NCBI GenBank assembly: GCA_963783495.1
Contig: CAWANT010000004.1
Span: 350,198-414,197, forward strand
Reading direction: 5' to 3'
Length of the DNA stretch: 64,000 nucleotides
Source of the DNA: an uncultured Chloroflexia bacterium
GTDB taxonomy: Bacteria; Chloroflexota; Limnocylindria; QHBO01
This document shows, piece after piece, positions 42,549 through 53,482 of the stretch. The notes under the pieces are model-generated. The model did no database searches. It worked only from the letters and a program-made list of their open reading frames with translations, and was not told the origin of the DNA. Position numbers and translations under genes: made by a program. How positions within the stretch are numbered: the stretch's first letter is position 1; every line of letters begins with the position of its first letter.

Positions 42549-43632
42549 ATGGCCTTCCCGATTCCTCCTCCCATCGAGCCGATGCTGGCCAAGCCCACTC
42601 CCGAGCTGCCCGTCGGCGACGGCTGGCGCTACGAGCCGAAGTGGGATGGCTTCCGGGCCCTCGTCTTCCGCGACGGCCGGGAGCTCTACCTGCAATCGCG
42701 GGACCTGAAACCGCTGGACCGATACTTCCCGGAGCTGATCGAGCCGATTCTGGCAGTCGGCGGGGCCGATGCGCGATTCGTGCTCGACGGCGAGATCGTG
42801 ATCGCGCGCGACGGCTGGCTGGACTTCGAGTCGCTGCTGCTGCGGATCCATCCCGCGGCGTCGCGGGTCGCGATGCTGGCGCGCGAGACGCCGTCATCGT
42901 TCGTCGCCTTCGACTGCCTGGCCACCGGCGACACCGACCTGCGCGAGGCTCCGCTGGACGATCGGCGCGCGGCCCTGGAGGCCGTGATGGCCGATGCCCC
43001 CGAATCGGTCCTGCTGACGCCGGCGACCCGCGATCCGGCGGTGGCCCGCGAGTGGTTCGACGTGTTCGAGGGCGCCGGCCTGGACGGGGTGATCGCCAAG
43101 CGACACGACCTGCGCTACCTGCCCGGCAAGCGCGAGATGGCCAAGATCAAGCACCTGCGCACCGCCGATTGCGTGGTGGCGGGCTTCCGCTGGCACAAGA
43201 ACGGGCCCGGCACCATGGTCGGCTCGCTGCTGCTGGGCCTGTGGAACGACGCCGGCCAGCTGCAGCACGTGGGCGTCACCTCGTCGTTCACCATGGAGAA
43301 GCGGCGCGAGCTGGTCGAGCTTCCTGGAGCCGTACCGGGCGAATGCCCTGGATGGCCACCCGTGGCAGGAGTGGAAAGAGTTCGAGGCGCAGTGGGAGGG
43401 CAAGCGCATGCCCGGCGCCACCTCGCGCTGGAACCGCGGCAAGGACCTGTCCTGGGAGCCGCTGCGGGCCGAGCTGGTCTGCGAGGTCGCCTTCGACCAC
43501 CTGCAGGGGGACCGATTTCGCCACGCGGCGACCTTCAAGCGCTGGCGCCCGGACAAGCCACCCGCCGACTGCCGCTACGACCAGCTGGAGGAGACGCCGC
43601 CGGCCCTGCTGGCCGATCTGTTCGGCACCTGA
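42549..43632 (+). CDS. ligC: ATP-dependent DNA ligase, stand-alone LigC-like, one frame break near 43310
   Basis: MAFPIPPPIEPMLAK.., the adenylation motif I EPKWDGFR, and the C-terminal OB-fold part ..GDRFRHAATFKRWRPDKPPADC.. (ORF 43408..43632). Confidence 0.85.
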
Positions 43633-43825
43633 CTCACTCTTGATCGCAGATCGTGCCGGGCAGATCGCGAACGTCGGTGACCGGTGTGGCCCTCGGGCGG
43701 TCTCCGCTGACTCGGCATCGGTCCGATGGTGGCACACACGGGGCGGCAGGCGCCGCGGGCGCGAATCGGTGCAGCCGGTAGACTTTGGCGCCGACATCGA
43801 CAGCTGCTGGGAGGACCGCGCGTCC

Positions 43826-45532
43826 GTGACTGCCACCGAACCCAACGCCGCCATCAACGAGATCGCCGACCGCTTCTTCGAGGGCGTGCTCGAGCGTGAG
43901 CCGATCTTCGCCACCATCCTGGGCGACGACCGCTTCGACGACCGCCTGCCGGACCTCGGCGCGGAGGGCCGCGCCGAGGAGGCGCGGGTGTATCGGGCCC
44001 TGCTGGAGGAGGTGGAGCCGATCGATCCGGCCGGGCTGGAGCCGGAGCAGGTCATCACCCGCGACATGCTGATCCTGGTCGCCCGCAACCAGCTGGAGGC
44101 GCAGGAGAAGAAGCTCTACCAGCTGGCCATCAACCACATCTCCGGCGTGCAGACCATGCCGGTGATGGTGGCCCAGTACCAGATCGCGGAGACGCCGGAG
44201 GGGCTGGAGAAGCTGCTCACCCGGTTCGCCGCCTACCGGACGGCGGTCGACCAGTACATCGACACGCTGCGCGAGGGCATCGCCGACGGCCGCACCGGCG
44301 CCGCCATCCCGGTGCGCAAGCAGATCGAGCAGATCGAGCGCCTGGCCGCCACGCCGACCGAGCAGTTCCCGGCCGTGGCGCTGGCCCACGTCGCCGACGA
44401 CGACGCCCGCGCCCGGGTGGCCGCCGCGGTCGACGAGCACATCAAGCCCGCGCTGCAGCACCTGCGCGACTTCCTGGCCGACGAGTACGAGCCGCACGCC
44501 AAGGACGAGCCGGGCATCGGGACCGTGCCGGACGGGCAGGAGCTGTATCGGCTCGCCATCCGCATGCAGACCACCGTCTCGACCACCGCCGAGGAGGTCC
44601 ACGCCTTCGGGCTGGAGGACCTGAGCCGCATCGAGGCCGAGATGGACGAGATCGCCCATCGGCTGGGCCACGCCGACCGCCACGCGCTGAAGGAGGCGCT
44701 GAACGTCGACCCCACCAACCACACCGATTCGCGCGAGGCGATCGTGCAGCTGGCGGAGGGGCAGACGGAGCGCGCCTACGCCGCCGCGCCGCAGTACTTC
44801 GGCCGGCTGCCATCGGCCAACTGCGTGGTCAAGGCGGTGGAGGAGTACCGCGAGCGCGAGACGCCGCCGGCCTTCTACATGCAGCCCTCGCTCGACGGCT
44901 CGCGCCAGGGCCAGTACTACATCAACACCTACCAGCCGGAGGAGCGGCCGCTGCACAAGATCGCGGCCATCACCTTCCACGAGGCGACGCCGGGCCACCA
45001 CTTCCAGATCGCGATCGAGATGGAGCTGACCGGGCTGCCGCGGTTCCGGACGCTGGGCGGCCGGATGGCGGGCGTGGCCTACGTCGAGGGCTGGGGGCTG
45101 TACTGCGAGCGGCTGTCCGACGAGATGGGCCTCTACCTGGACGACCGGGAGCGGCTGGGCATGCTGGACGCGCAGGCGTTCCGCGCCTCGCGCCTGGTGG
45201 TCGACTCCGGGCTGCACGCCATGGGCTGGACCCGCGAGAAGGCGATCCAGTTCATGCACGAGCGCGGGACGCTGCCCATGGTCGACGCGGAGATCGAGGT
45301 GGACCGATACACGGTCTGGCCGGGCCAGGCCCTGTCCTACAAGATCGGCCAGCGCGAGATCGAGCGGGCACGGCGCGAGGTGTCGGAGAAGATGGGTGAC
45401 CGATTCGACCTGCGCGCCTTCCACGACGAGGTGCTGGGCCACGGCACGCTGCCGCTGGCCACGCTCCGCCGCGAGATCCCGAACTGGGTCGAGGCGGCCG
45501 TCGCCGAGCGGGAGGGCGCCGCCACCCGGTGA
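43826..45532 (+). CDS. DUF885 domain protein (putative metallopeptidase-like)
   Basis: Intact from GTG 43826. It carries HEATPGHHFQ and EGWGLYCE motifs. The 5' 1.8 kb of the 1168-aa ORF 42026..45532 is a spurious extension overlapping ligC. Confidence 0.85.
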   Translation: MTATEPNAAINEIADRFFEGVLEREPIFATILGDDRFDDRLPDLGAEGRAEEARVYRALLEEVEPIDPAGLEPEQVITRDMLILVARNQLEAQEKKLYQLAINHISGVQTMPVMVAQYQIAETPEGLEKLLTRFAAYRTAVDQYIDTLREGIADGRTGAAIPVRKQIEQIERLAATPTEQFPAVALAHVADDDARARVAAAVDEHIKPALQHLRDFLADEYEPHAKDEPGIGTVPDGQELYRLAIRMQTTVSTTAEEVHAFGLEDLSRIEAEMDEIAHRLGHADRHALKEALNVDPTNHTDSREAIVQLAEGQTERAYAAAPQYFGRLPSANCVVKAVEEYRERETPPAFYMQPSLDGSRQGQYYINTYQPEERPLHKIAAITFHEATPGHHFQIAIEMELTGLPRFRTLGGRMAGVAYVEGWGLYCERLSDEMGLYLDDRERLGMLDAQAFRASRLVVDSGLHAMGWTREKAIQFMHERGTLPMVDAEIEVDRYTVWPGQALSYKIGQREIERARREVSEKMGDRFDLRAFHDEVLGHGTLPLATLRREIPNWVEAAVAEREGAATR

Positions 45533-46111
45533 AGGCGCCGGAGCGCGTCACGCTGGCCGGACGGTACGTCCGGCTGGAGCCGCTGGAGGAGCGGCATCGC
45601 GACGACCTGCTGGCGGCGGCCGCCCAGGATCCGGCGACATTCCGCTACCTGTTCACGGACCTGTCGCGGGGCGCATCGGTCTGGGATGACTACCTGGCCG
45701 ATGCGCTGAAGCCCGAGTACGTCAGCTGGGCGACGGTGGACGCCGAGGACCGGTCGGGCCGTTGGCTCCACGCGCTTCCTGGACATCGCGCCGGAGCACG
45801 GGCGGGTGGAGATCGGCTGGACCTGGATCGCGCCCTCGCACCAGCGGACGGCCACCAACACCGAGGCCAAGCTGCTGCAGCTGACCTATGCCTTCGACGA
45901 GCTCGGCGCGACGCGGGTCGCCTTCAAGACCGATCAGCGCAACGAGCGGTCGCAGGCCGCCATCGCCCGGCTGGGCGCCGTGCGCGAGGGCGTGCTGCGC
46001 CACCAGTTCCGCATGCCGGACGGCTACATGCGCAGCAGCGTCTACTTCTCGATCCTGGCCGACGAGTGGCCCGCCGTGAAGGAGCGGCTGGTCGCCCGGC
46101 TGGAGGCGTGA
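45529..46111 (+). CDS. GNAT-family N-acetyltransferase (RimJ/RimL-like), 1-2 frame breaks
   Basis: The GTG at 45529 overlaps the DUF885 TGA (GTGA). LAGRYVRLEPLEERHRDDL.. forms the N-terminal part. The C-terminal part is in ORF 45806..46111 (..TEAKLLQLTYAFDELGATRVAFKTDQRNERSQAAIARLGA..). Confidence 0.7.
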
Positions 46112-47231
46112 CGCTCAAGGTCAGCTGGCGACAGGCGCTGGCCTGGCGGCTGGAGCGGCAGCTGCTCAACCCGGTCGGGAACCTGTCGGTGGCCGACACG
46201 GTGCGTCGCCTGTGCGGCGTCCAGTCGCAGGTGGCGTCGTCGGCCGAGCTGGCGGTGCGGGTCCGGCGCCAGGACTCGCAGGCCGGCGAGGTGACGCGCG
46301 CCCTGGCCAAGGGCGACCTGATCAAGACCTGGGCGATGCGCGGCACGCTTGCACCTGCTCGACGCCCGAGGACGCCGGCAGCTACCTGTCGCTGCTGGCC
46401 GCGGGCCGTTCCTGGGAGGCGCCGAGCTGGCAGAAGTGGTTCGGCGTCGGTCCCAAGGAGATCGAGGCGCTGCGGGTGGCCGCCCGCGAGGCGCTCGACG
46501 GCCGTGCCCTGACCCGCGAGGAGCTGGCGGCGGAAGTCACGAAGACGCGCGGCCTGGAGCACATCGGCCAGGAGCTGGCCTCGAGCTGGGGGACGCTGCT
46601 CAAGCCCTTGGCCTTCCAGGGCGACCTGGCGCTGGGGCCCAGCCAGGGCAACCGCGTGACGTTCGTCCGCCCGGACCAGGCCAGCGCGCGGTGGGCTGGC
46701 GTTCCGGAGCCCGATGACGCCGCGCCGGCCGCCATCCTCGCCTACCTGTCCGCCTATGGGCCGGCCACGGTCGAGGGATTCAGCAACTTCATCTCGCGCG
46801 GGCGCGTGTCGAAGCGCTCACTGAAGAGCTGGTTCGCGGCGCTCGGCGATCGCGTGACGGCGGTGGAGGTGGACGGGGAGCAGAGCTACGTGCGGACCGA
46901 GGACCTGGACGAGCTGGCGGCGGCCAAGCCCACGAAGGCGCTGCGGCTGCTCCCCGGATTCGACCAGTGGGTCCTGGGCCCGGGCACCGACGATCCGCGG
47001 ATCGTGGCCCCCGCGCGCCGCGCGGCGGTCAGCCGCCAGGCGGGCTGGATCTCACCCGTCGTGGTGCTGGGCGGCGTGGTGGCTGGCACCTGGGAGCTGG
47101 ACGGCTCCACCGCTGCGCATCAGCTGGTTCGCCGAGGCGGGAAGCCACCGGAACAGCGCTCTCGGCGCCGAAACCGCGCGTCTCGCCAGGATCGTCGGGC
47201 GCGAGCTGGCGATCGAGATCATCCGGCGTAG
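46108..47231 (+). CDS. winged-helix DNA-binding domain protein of the YcaQ/AlkZ (DNA glycosylase) family, about 3 frame breaks; 3' end uncertain
   Basis: The GTG at 46108 overlaps the GNAT TGA (GTGA). VSWRQALAWRLERQLL..VRRLCGVQSQ.. forms the N-terminal part. The body is in ORF 46212..47231. The tail ..LGAETARLARIVGRELAIEI is readable in another frame. Confidence 0.7.
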
Positions 47232-47319
47232 GTGCGCGCCGGCCTACGATGCGCCGATGACCACGGCGGCATGTGGATCATTCCGGACCGCCGCATGGAA
47301 CGCGCCTCGAGGGTGATCG

Positions 47320-48698
47320 CTAGCCGCCCCACTCCTGGGAGATGTCGTAGTCGGGGTCCGGCTTCTCCTCGGCCGGCCGGTCCTTCTCCGGGACGTGGCG
47401 CAGGTTGACGCGGACGCGATACCACAGCGACGAGCGGCCGCGCATGCCGTCGACCAGCACGTCGTCCTCGGCGATGTGCTTGGCGGCCTTCGGGATGGCG
47501 CTTCTTCCAGCGCTCCAGGCCGTCGAGCGCATCGGCCTTGGCCTTGGCCTGGCAGATCACGATCAGCGGCTGCGTCGAGCGGCGGCGGCCGGTGGGCGCC
47601 ACGGTGCCGTCGGCCCGACGCGCGGGAGCCGGCGGCATCGGCTGCGGCTGATCGCCGGCGCGCCCGCCCGGTGGCGGCCCCGTCGGGCCATGGCATCCGC
47701 CGCTTCGACGGCTGGACGCGCGGCGGCTCGCCCGGCTGCTTGGCGTAGTTCGGCGGCCATGGCGCGTCGCCCAGCCCCGACGCCTCGTCCCGCTCGGACA
47801 GCTCCAGCAGCGCCTCCAGCGAGCCCGACCGCCTCGTCGATCCCGGCGCCCACGTCGCCGAGCTTCGCGTAGCGGGCCGGCATGGTGCGCAGGGTGAAGT
47901 CGCCGAGCTCGGCGTCGGGCACCTCGTCCCAGGTCAGCGGCGCGGAGACGGTGGCGAGCGGCACCGGCCGCACCGAGTAGGCGGACGCCACGGTGCGGTC
48001 CTTGGCGTTCTGGTTGTAGTCGATGAACACGCCGTGGCGCTCCTCCTTCCACCACTTGCTGGTGGAGATGTCGGGGGCGCGCCGCTCGACCTCGCGGGCC
48101 ATGGCCAGCGCCGCGCGCCGGACCTCGGAGAAGCCCCAGCGCCGCTCGATCCGCGCGTAGACGTGGATCCCGCGCGAGCCGGAGGTCTTCGGCCAGCCGA
48201 CCAGGCCGTGATCGGCCAGGACGTCGCGGACGACCAGCGCCACGCGCCGGACATCGGCCCATGGCACGCCGGGCCCCGGATCCAGGTCGGCGCGCAGCTC
48301 GTCGGGGTGGTCCAGGTCGTCGGCGCGCACCGGATGCGGGTTCGAGGTCCACGCAGCCCAGGTTGGCCACCCAGGCCAGCGCGGCGCGGTTCGAGACGAC
48401 CACCTCGTCGGCGGTGCGGCCCGAGGGGAAGGCCAGCTCCACGGTGCTCACGTACTCCGGCACCGACTTCGGCGCCCGCTTCTGGAAGAAGGCCTCGCCG
48501 GTGATGCCGTCCACGAACCGCTTCAGCGCCATCGGCCGGTCGCGCACGCCGAGCAGGGCACCATCGGCCACCGCCAGTGAAGTACTCCACCAGCTCCAGC
48601 TTGGTGATGCCGGCGTCGGGGAAGTAGACCTTGTTCGGGTTGGTGATGGTGACCTCGAACCCGTCGAGGTCGAGCGAGACCGATGGGTCCTTTGGCAT
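47320..48698 (-). CDS. LigD-type primase-polymerase (Prim-Pol / PolDom), stand-alone, with a C-terminal extension, about 5 frame breaks
   Basis: MPKDPSVSLDLDGFEVTITNPNKVYFPDAGITKLELVEYF starts at ATG 48698. WPKTSGSRGIHVYARI and ..FIDYNQNAKDRTVASAYSVRP.. are in ORF 47563..48330. The tail ..VLVDGMRGRSSLWYRVRVNLRHVP..DISQEWGG* is in ORF 47320..47532. Confidence 0.8.
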
Positions 48699-48752
48699 GC
48701 GATCAGCCTACCCTGTCGCCGACAGACACCCAATTGGAGCTCACCGGCGCCG

Positions 48753-49653
48753 ATGATCGACCGCGTCATTGCCTTCGGCACCCGGATCGTGACCGCGGTC
48801 GACGGCTGGCTGCTGCGCCATCGGCTGACGCGGGTGGCCCGCACGTCGGTCGTGGGCCTGCTGGATCACGACGGCCTGAACTACGCCGGTTCCATGGCGT
48901 ACTTCTCGATCCTGTCGTTCGTCAACGTGCTGCTGCTGGGCGCGGTGCTGCTGACCGCCTTCATCGGCGAAGGGGAGGCACGGCGCATCATCCTGACCTG
49001 GTTCGAGCAGAACACGCCCATCGATCCCGACCTGATCAGCGAGATGATCGATGCCGCCATCCGGTCGCGGGGCAGCATCACCGTCGTCGGCCTCATCTTC
49101 CTGCTGTGGGGCGCGCTGGGCTTCTTCGGCGCGGTGAGCCGCGGCATCAATCGCGCCTTCACCGATGGCAAGCCGCTCTTCATCCTGCGCGAGAAGCTGC
49201 TGGGCATCCTGCTGATCCTGTTCAGCGGCGGGCTGATCCTGGCGTCGGTGGCGATCGGCATCGTGACCAGCTACCTGCAGAACGCGGCCGGCGAACGTCG
49301 TGGATCGCGTTCCAGGGCGGCGACCTGGCGGTGGCCCTGATCGGCGCGGTCGTGCCGTTCCTGCTCGTCTTCATCGCCTACCTGGTGCTGTACCGGGTGG
49401 TCCCCAGCCAGAAGGTCACGCTTCGGCGACGTCTGGCCCGGGGCGCTCGTGGCGGCGGTGCTGTGGACGCTGCTGCGGGTGGGCTACACGATCTACGTGA
49501 CCCAGATCGCCCACTTCGAGGACCTGTTCGGACCGCTGGCGGCGATCATCACCCTGATCGTCTTCATCTATTTCGCCAGCGTGGTGCTGCTCATCGGGCG
49601 CCGAAGTGGCGCGAGCCAACCTGATCGAGGCCGGCAGGCACCGCCAAGCGTGA
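48753..49653 (+). CDS. YihY/BrkB family membrane protein, about 3 frame breaks
   Basis: ATG at 48753. ..DGLNYAGSMAYFSILSFVNVLLLG.. is in ORF 48261..49340, with continuation in ORFs 48683..49624 and 49449..49760. The reconstructed tail ..IGAEVARANLIEAGRHRQA* has its stop at 49651-49653. Confidence 0.7.
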
Positions 49654-49706
49654 TTTGGCGCGTGGCTCACGCTCGCACGGGACGCTGCCGAAACGTTGGC
49701 ATTGGG

Positions 49707-49723
49707 GTACTACGGTGTAGTAC
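49707..49723. promoter_or_regulatory. AT-rich perfect hairpin/palindrome GTACTAC-GGT-GTAGTAC in the leader of the M23 peptidase gene
   Basis: 7-bp arms at 49707-49713 and 49717-49723, followed by a second GC hairpin GGGCA-ggg-TGCCC (~49741-49753). It lies about 100 nt upstream of the 49824 start. Confidence 0.25.
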
Positions 49724-49823
49724 ATTCGGGTCGGGTCACGGGCAGGGTGCCCGCGCTTAGCATGGCCCGACGGATCACGAACGAGGGGCAACTGGGCACC
49801 GTGAAATCCGCTTTGAACACCGC

Positions 49824-51213
49824 TTGATGAGGCGACGATCCCGACTGGCCGTCACGCTTGTGACCCTGTTGACGGCCGGCGGAATGATCGTCGGAGGTGA
49901 TCCGCGCGACCAGGTCCTGGCCGCGGATCCCATCGCAACAGGCACAAGGCAGAGCGCGCCAGCATCCAGGCCGAGCTCGCCGATCAGCGCGCGCGCCTGG
50001 ACGAGCTGCGCGCCAAGTCGGCCGCGCCTCTCCGACCAGCTGGATCTGGCCGAGGCCGAGCTCGCCGACATCACCGCGGAGTACGAGCGGGTCGTCAGCC
50101 TGCTGACGCAGGTGCGTCGCGAGGTCCGCGAGATCACCGAGCAGCTGGAGCGGCTGCGCGCCCGCATCGATCGCATGGATGACCGGCTGATGGCCGTGTC
50201 GCGGGAGATCGTGGTGCAGAACGCGGAGCTGCGCGCCCGCGAGGCCCTGCTGCAGGACCACATCCGCTCCGCGTACGAGCAGAGCCAGATCTCACTGCTG
50301 GAGGTGCTGCTCAGCGCGCCGTCGCTCGACGCCGCCACCAACCAGGTCGGCTACCTGGTGACGCTGTCCGAGCAGGACCAGGTGCTGGCCGATGAGATCC
50401 GCCGCATCCGCGAGCAGCTCGACGTCAAGAAGGAGACGCTGCAGCAGGGTCGCGCCACGCTCAGCGAGGCCCGGTCCGTGGCGGTCGAGCAGGAGCGGCA
50501 TGCTGCGCCAGCGCCAGCGCCAGCTGTGGCGCCTCGAGAAGGAGACCGCCCGGCTGCGAGCCGCCGCCGCGCAGAAGCGCGCCGAGCAGGAAGCGGCGCT
50601 CAATGCGGCGCTGGATGCGAAGGGCGACGTTGCCGCGCAGATCGAGCAGAACGAGGCGGCCTTCCGCCAGGCGACCTCACTGGTCAACCGGCTGGTCGCC
50701 GAGCGCGAGGCACTGGAGGAGGCGCGCCGCCTGGCGGAAGAGGAGGCGCGTCGCGAGGCACGGCGCAATTCCAAGCAGCTCTCGGCGGCCGGCTACCGGT
50801 GGCCGGAGATCGGCGCGCGCATCACCCAGGAATGGGGCCCCACCAGCTTCGCCCTGGAGCCGTCGTACACCTACCACGGCGTCTATCTACCCGCACTTCC
50901 ACGGCGGGATCGACATGACGGTCGGCTGCGGCGCGCCGATCCTGGCTGCCAAGGCCGGCGTGGTGGTGGCCTCGGGCCGGCCGCTGTGGCCGTACGACCC
51001 GGGCTACGGCGTGGTGATCGACCACGGCGGCGGCATCCAGACCTGGTACTGGCACATCACCACCCAGATCATCGTGTCAGCCCGGCCAGGTGGTGGGCAC
51101 GGGCCAGGTGATCGGCTACGAGGGAACCACCGGCTTCTCCACCGGCTGCCACCTGCACTTCGCGACCAACATCAACGGCATCTGGGAGAACCCGCGCTTC
51201 CTGCTGCCCGTAG
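49824..51213 (+). CDS. M23/LytM-family peptidase with an N-terminal signal/TM segment and a long coiled-coil (EnvC-like architecture), about 5 frame breaks; 3' end approximate
   Basis: RRRSRLAVTLVTLLTAGG is followed by heptad-rich ..LAEAELADITAEYERVVSLL..ERLRARIDRMDDRL.. The catalytic part reads ..YPHFHGGIDM.. and GYEGTTGFSTGCHLHFATNINGIWENP. Fragments are ORFs 49824..50918, 50392..51111, 50603..51310 and 51090... Confidence 0.75.
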
Positions 51214-51218
51214 GCCGC

Positions 51219-53423
51219 CTAGGCCGGGACGGCCGGACTCGGAGGCCGATCGCACCGCCGGGCGGTACAGGCTCCTCGACGTACTCGATCAGCATCCGCG
51301 CGCGTGCTGAACTGCCAGATCGACGCGGAGATGGCGGCGCGCATGGTGGCCAGCCAGTCGACCGGCAGGTCCTCGTCGTCGCGCTCGAAGAAGCGCGGCA
51401 CGATCTCGTCCTCCAGCAGGCGGTAGAGCGCCTCGGCATCGGCCTCGTCCTGGGCGCCCTCGTCGGAAAGCTGCTCGCGCGCGCCGATGGCCCAGCCGTT
51501 GTCGCCGTTGTAGCCCTCATCCCACCAGCCGTCGAGCACGCTGACGCTGGGCACGCCGTTCATGGCGGCCTTCATGCCCGGACGTGCCGGACGCCTCCAG
51601 CGGCCGCCGCGGGTTGTTCAGCCAGATGTCGACGCCCGCCACCAGGAAGCGGGCGATGCGGATGTCGTAGTCCTCGACGATGAAGACGCGGCTGCGCAGC
51701 CGGTCGGAGCGCGACAGCTCGAAGATGCGCTGGATCACGCCCTGTCCGGGCCGATCCGCGGGGTGCGCCTTGCCGGCGATGACGATCTGCACCGGCTTGT
51801 CCGCGATCGGACAGCAGGCGAGCCAGGCGCTCCTCGTCGCGGAAGATGAGGTCGGCGCGCTTGTAGGTCGCGAATCGCCGGGCAAAGCCGATGGTCAGCG
51901 CCTTCGGATCGAGCGCTCGCGCCACCTCGCGCAGCTGGTCGGGCGGCTCGCCGTGGCGGGCGAACTGGCGCGCCAGCCGGCTGGCGATGAAGTCGGTCAG
52001 CTCCCGCTTCTGCTGCATGTGGCCCGCCCACAGGTCCGCGTCGTCGATCTGGCTCGACGCCCGCCAGCGTCCGACGGGGCCGGCATGGTCGCTGGCCAGG
52101 AAGGTGCCCAGGGCGCGCTCGTAGAGTCGCCGCATCGGCCTGCCGAGCCAGGACGCCACGTGGACGCCGTTGGTGATGGCCGGTGATCGGATGGCCGGCC
52201 ACCGCCTCCCAGGTCTCGGTGGCGGTCTCCGCGTGCAGCTTGCTGACCGCGTTGGCGTGGCTGGCGTGGCGCAGCACGAAGGCGGTCATGTCGAACGGCG
52301 CGTTCGGGTCGTCGGTGCGGCCGCGACCGAGCTCCAGCAGCTCCTGGTCCTCCATGCCGGTGACGTGCAGCCACGGCGCCAGGTAGTTCGACACCAGGCC
52401 GCGGTCGAATGTCTCGTTGCCGGCGGCGACGGGGGTGTGGATGGTGAACACCGCATCGCGGCCGACCTGCTTCAGCGCGTGTGGCGGCCGAGAGCGAGCT
52501 GTCCTCGGCCATCGCCTCGCGCGCGCGTTCCAGCAGCAGGAAGGCGGAGTGACCCTCGTTCAGGTGCCACACCGCCGGTGCGATGCCCAGCTCGCCCAGC
52601 GCACGCACGCCGCCGATCCCCAGGATCAGCTCCTGGCAGAGGCGCATCTCGCGGCCGCGGACGTACAGGATGTGGGTGATGGGCCGGTCCGGCCCGGCGT
52701 TGGCGGGGAGGTCGGTGTCCAGCAGCAGGACCGGCACGCGGCCGACCTGCGCCACCCACACCGCGGCATGCACCTGGCGGTCGGGGAAATCGACGCTGAC
52801 CTGCAGGGCGGAGCCGTTGGCGGCCCGCGCCCGGCGCAGCGGCAGCATCGAGGGATCCAGGTCCGGCTGCGCGTGCTCCTGGTGCCCATCGGCATCGATC
52901 TGTTGGCGGAAGTAGCCACGGCGGTACAGGAGGCCGACGCCGACGAAGGGCAGGGCCGCATCGGACGCCGACTTGCAATGGTCGCCGGCCAGGACGCCCA
53001 GGCCACCGGAGTAGATCTGCATCGACTCGTGGAAGCCGTACTCGGCACAGAAGTAGCGCGATCGGCCCGGGGAGCGCGCTGCCCGGGCTCGGCCGCGATC
53101 TGCTGCTGGTACCACGAGTCGCTGCCGTTGCCCATGTAGCGGTGGTACTCGTCCAGCAGGCGGCTGGCGTCGACCAGGAACTCCTCGTCGGCCGAGGCCA
53201 CCTCCCAGCGCCCGGCATCCATGCCGGCCAGCACCGCGATCGGGTTGCGGTGGCGGGCCCACGCCGCCGGATCGAGCCGCGAGAAGAGGGCGCCGGCGCG
53301 CGGCGTCCAGCTCCACCACAGGTTGTAGGCGAGGTCGTCCAGGCCCTCGAGCCCGCGCGGCAGGTTGAAGTCGTGGCCGGGGAGCGTCGGCACGCGCAGC
53401 GTCGTGCCCGGAGGGCTGCTCAT
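51219..53423 (-). CDS. glgP: alpha-glucan (glycogen/maltodextrin) phosphorylase, GT35, about 6 or more frame breaks
   Basis: MSSPPGTTLRVPTLPG..LAYNLWWSWTP starts at ATG 53423. Further motifs: YFCAEYGFHESMQIYSGGLGVLAGDHCKSASD, HLNEGHSAFLLLER, FTIHTPVAAGNE. The PLP-lysine motif EASGTSG|MKAAMNG is split between two frames at about 51575. Fragments are ORFs 52626..53423, 51997..53451, 51735..52451, 51572..52159, 51517..51885 and 51219..51575. Confidence 0.85.
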
Positions 53424-53482
53424 GGAGGTCCGATCCTACTCGATGCCACATTCTCGACAGGCTGGTTTACGCTATCGGACCC

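Noticed and set aside
42026-43825. The 5' 1.8 kb of the 1168-aa ORF 42026..45532, which would make DUF885 a giant protein.
   Set aside because: The extension is low-complexity and overlaps the well-supported MBL nuclease (opposite strand) and the ligase (other frame). DUF885 homology begins at the GTG at 43826.
49654-49826. c-di-AMP (ydaO) riboswitch call upstream of the M23 peptidase.
   Set aside because: Only loose similarity was seen (GTGAAATCC, GAGGGG). The conserved ACCCGA..CCCG..CAGCTAAC 3' segment and the pseudo-two-fold order are not recognisable by eye. It is reported only as an unclassified structured leader.
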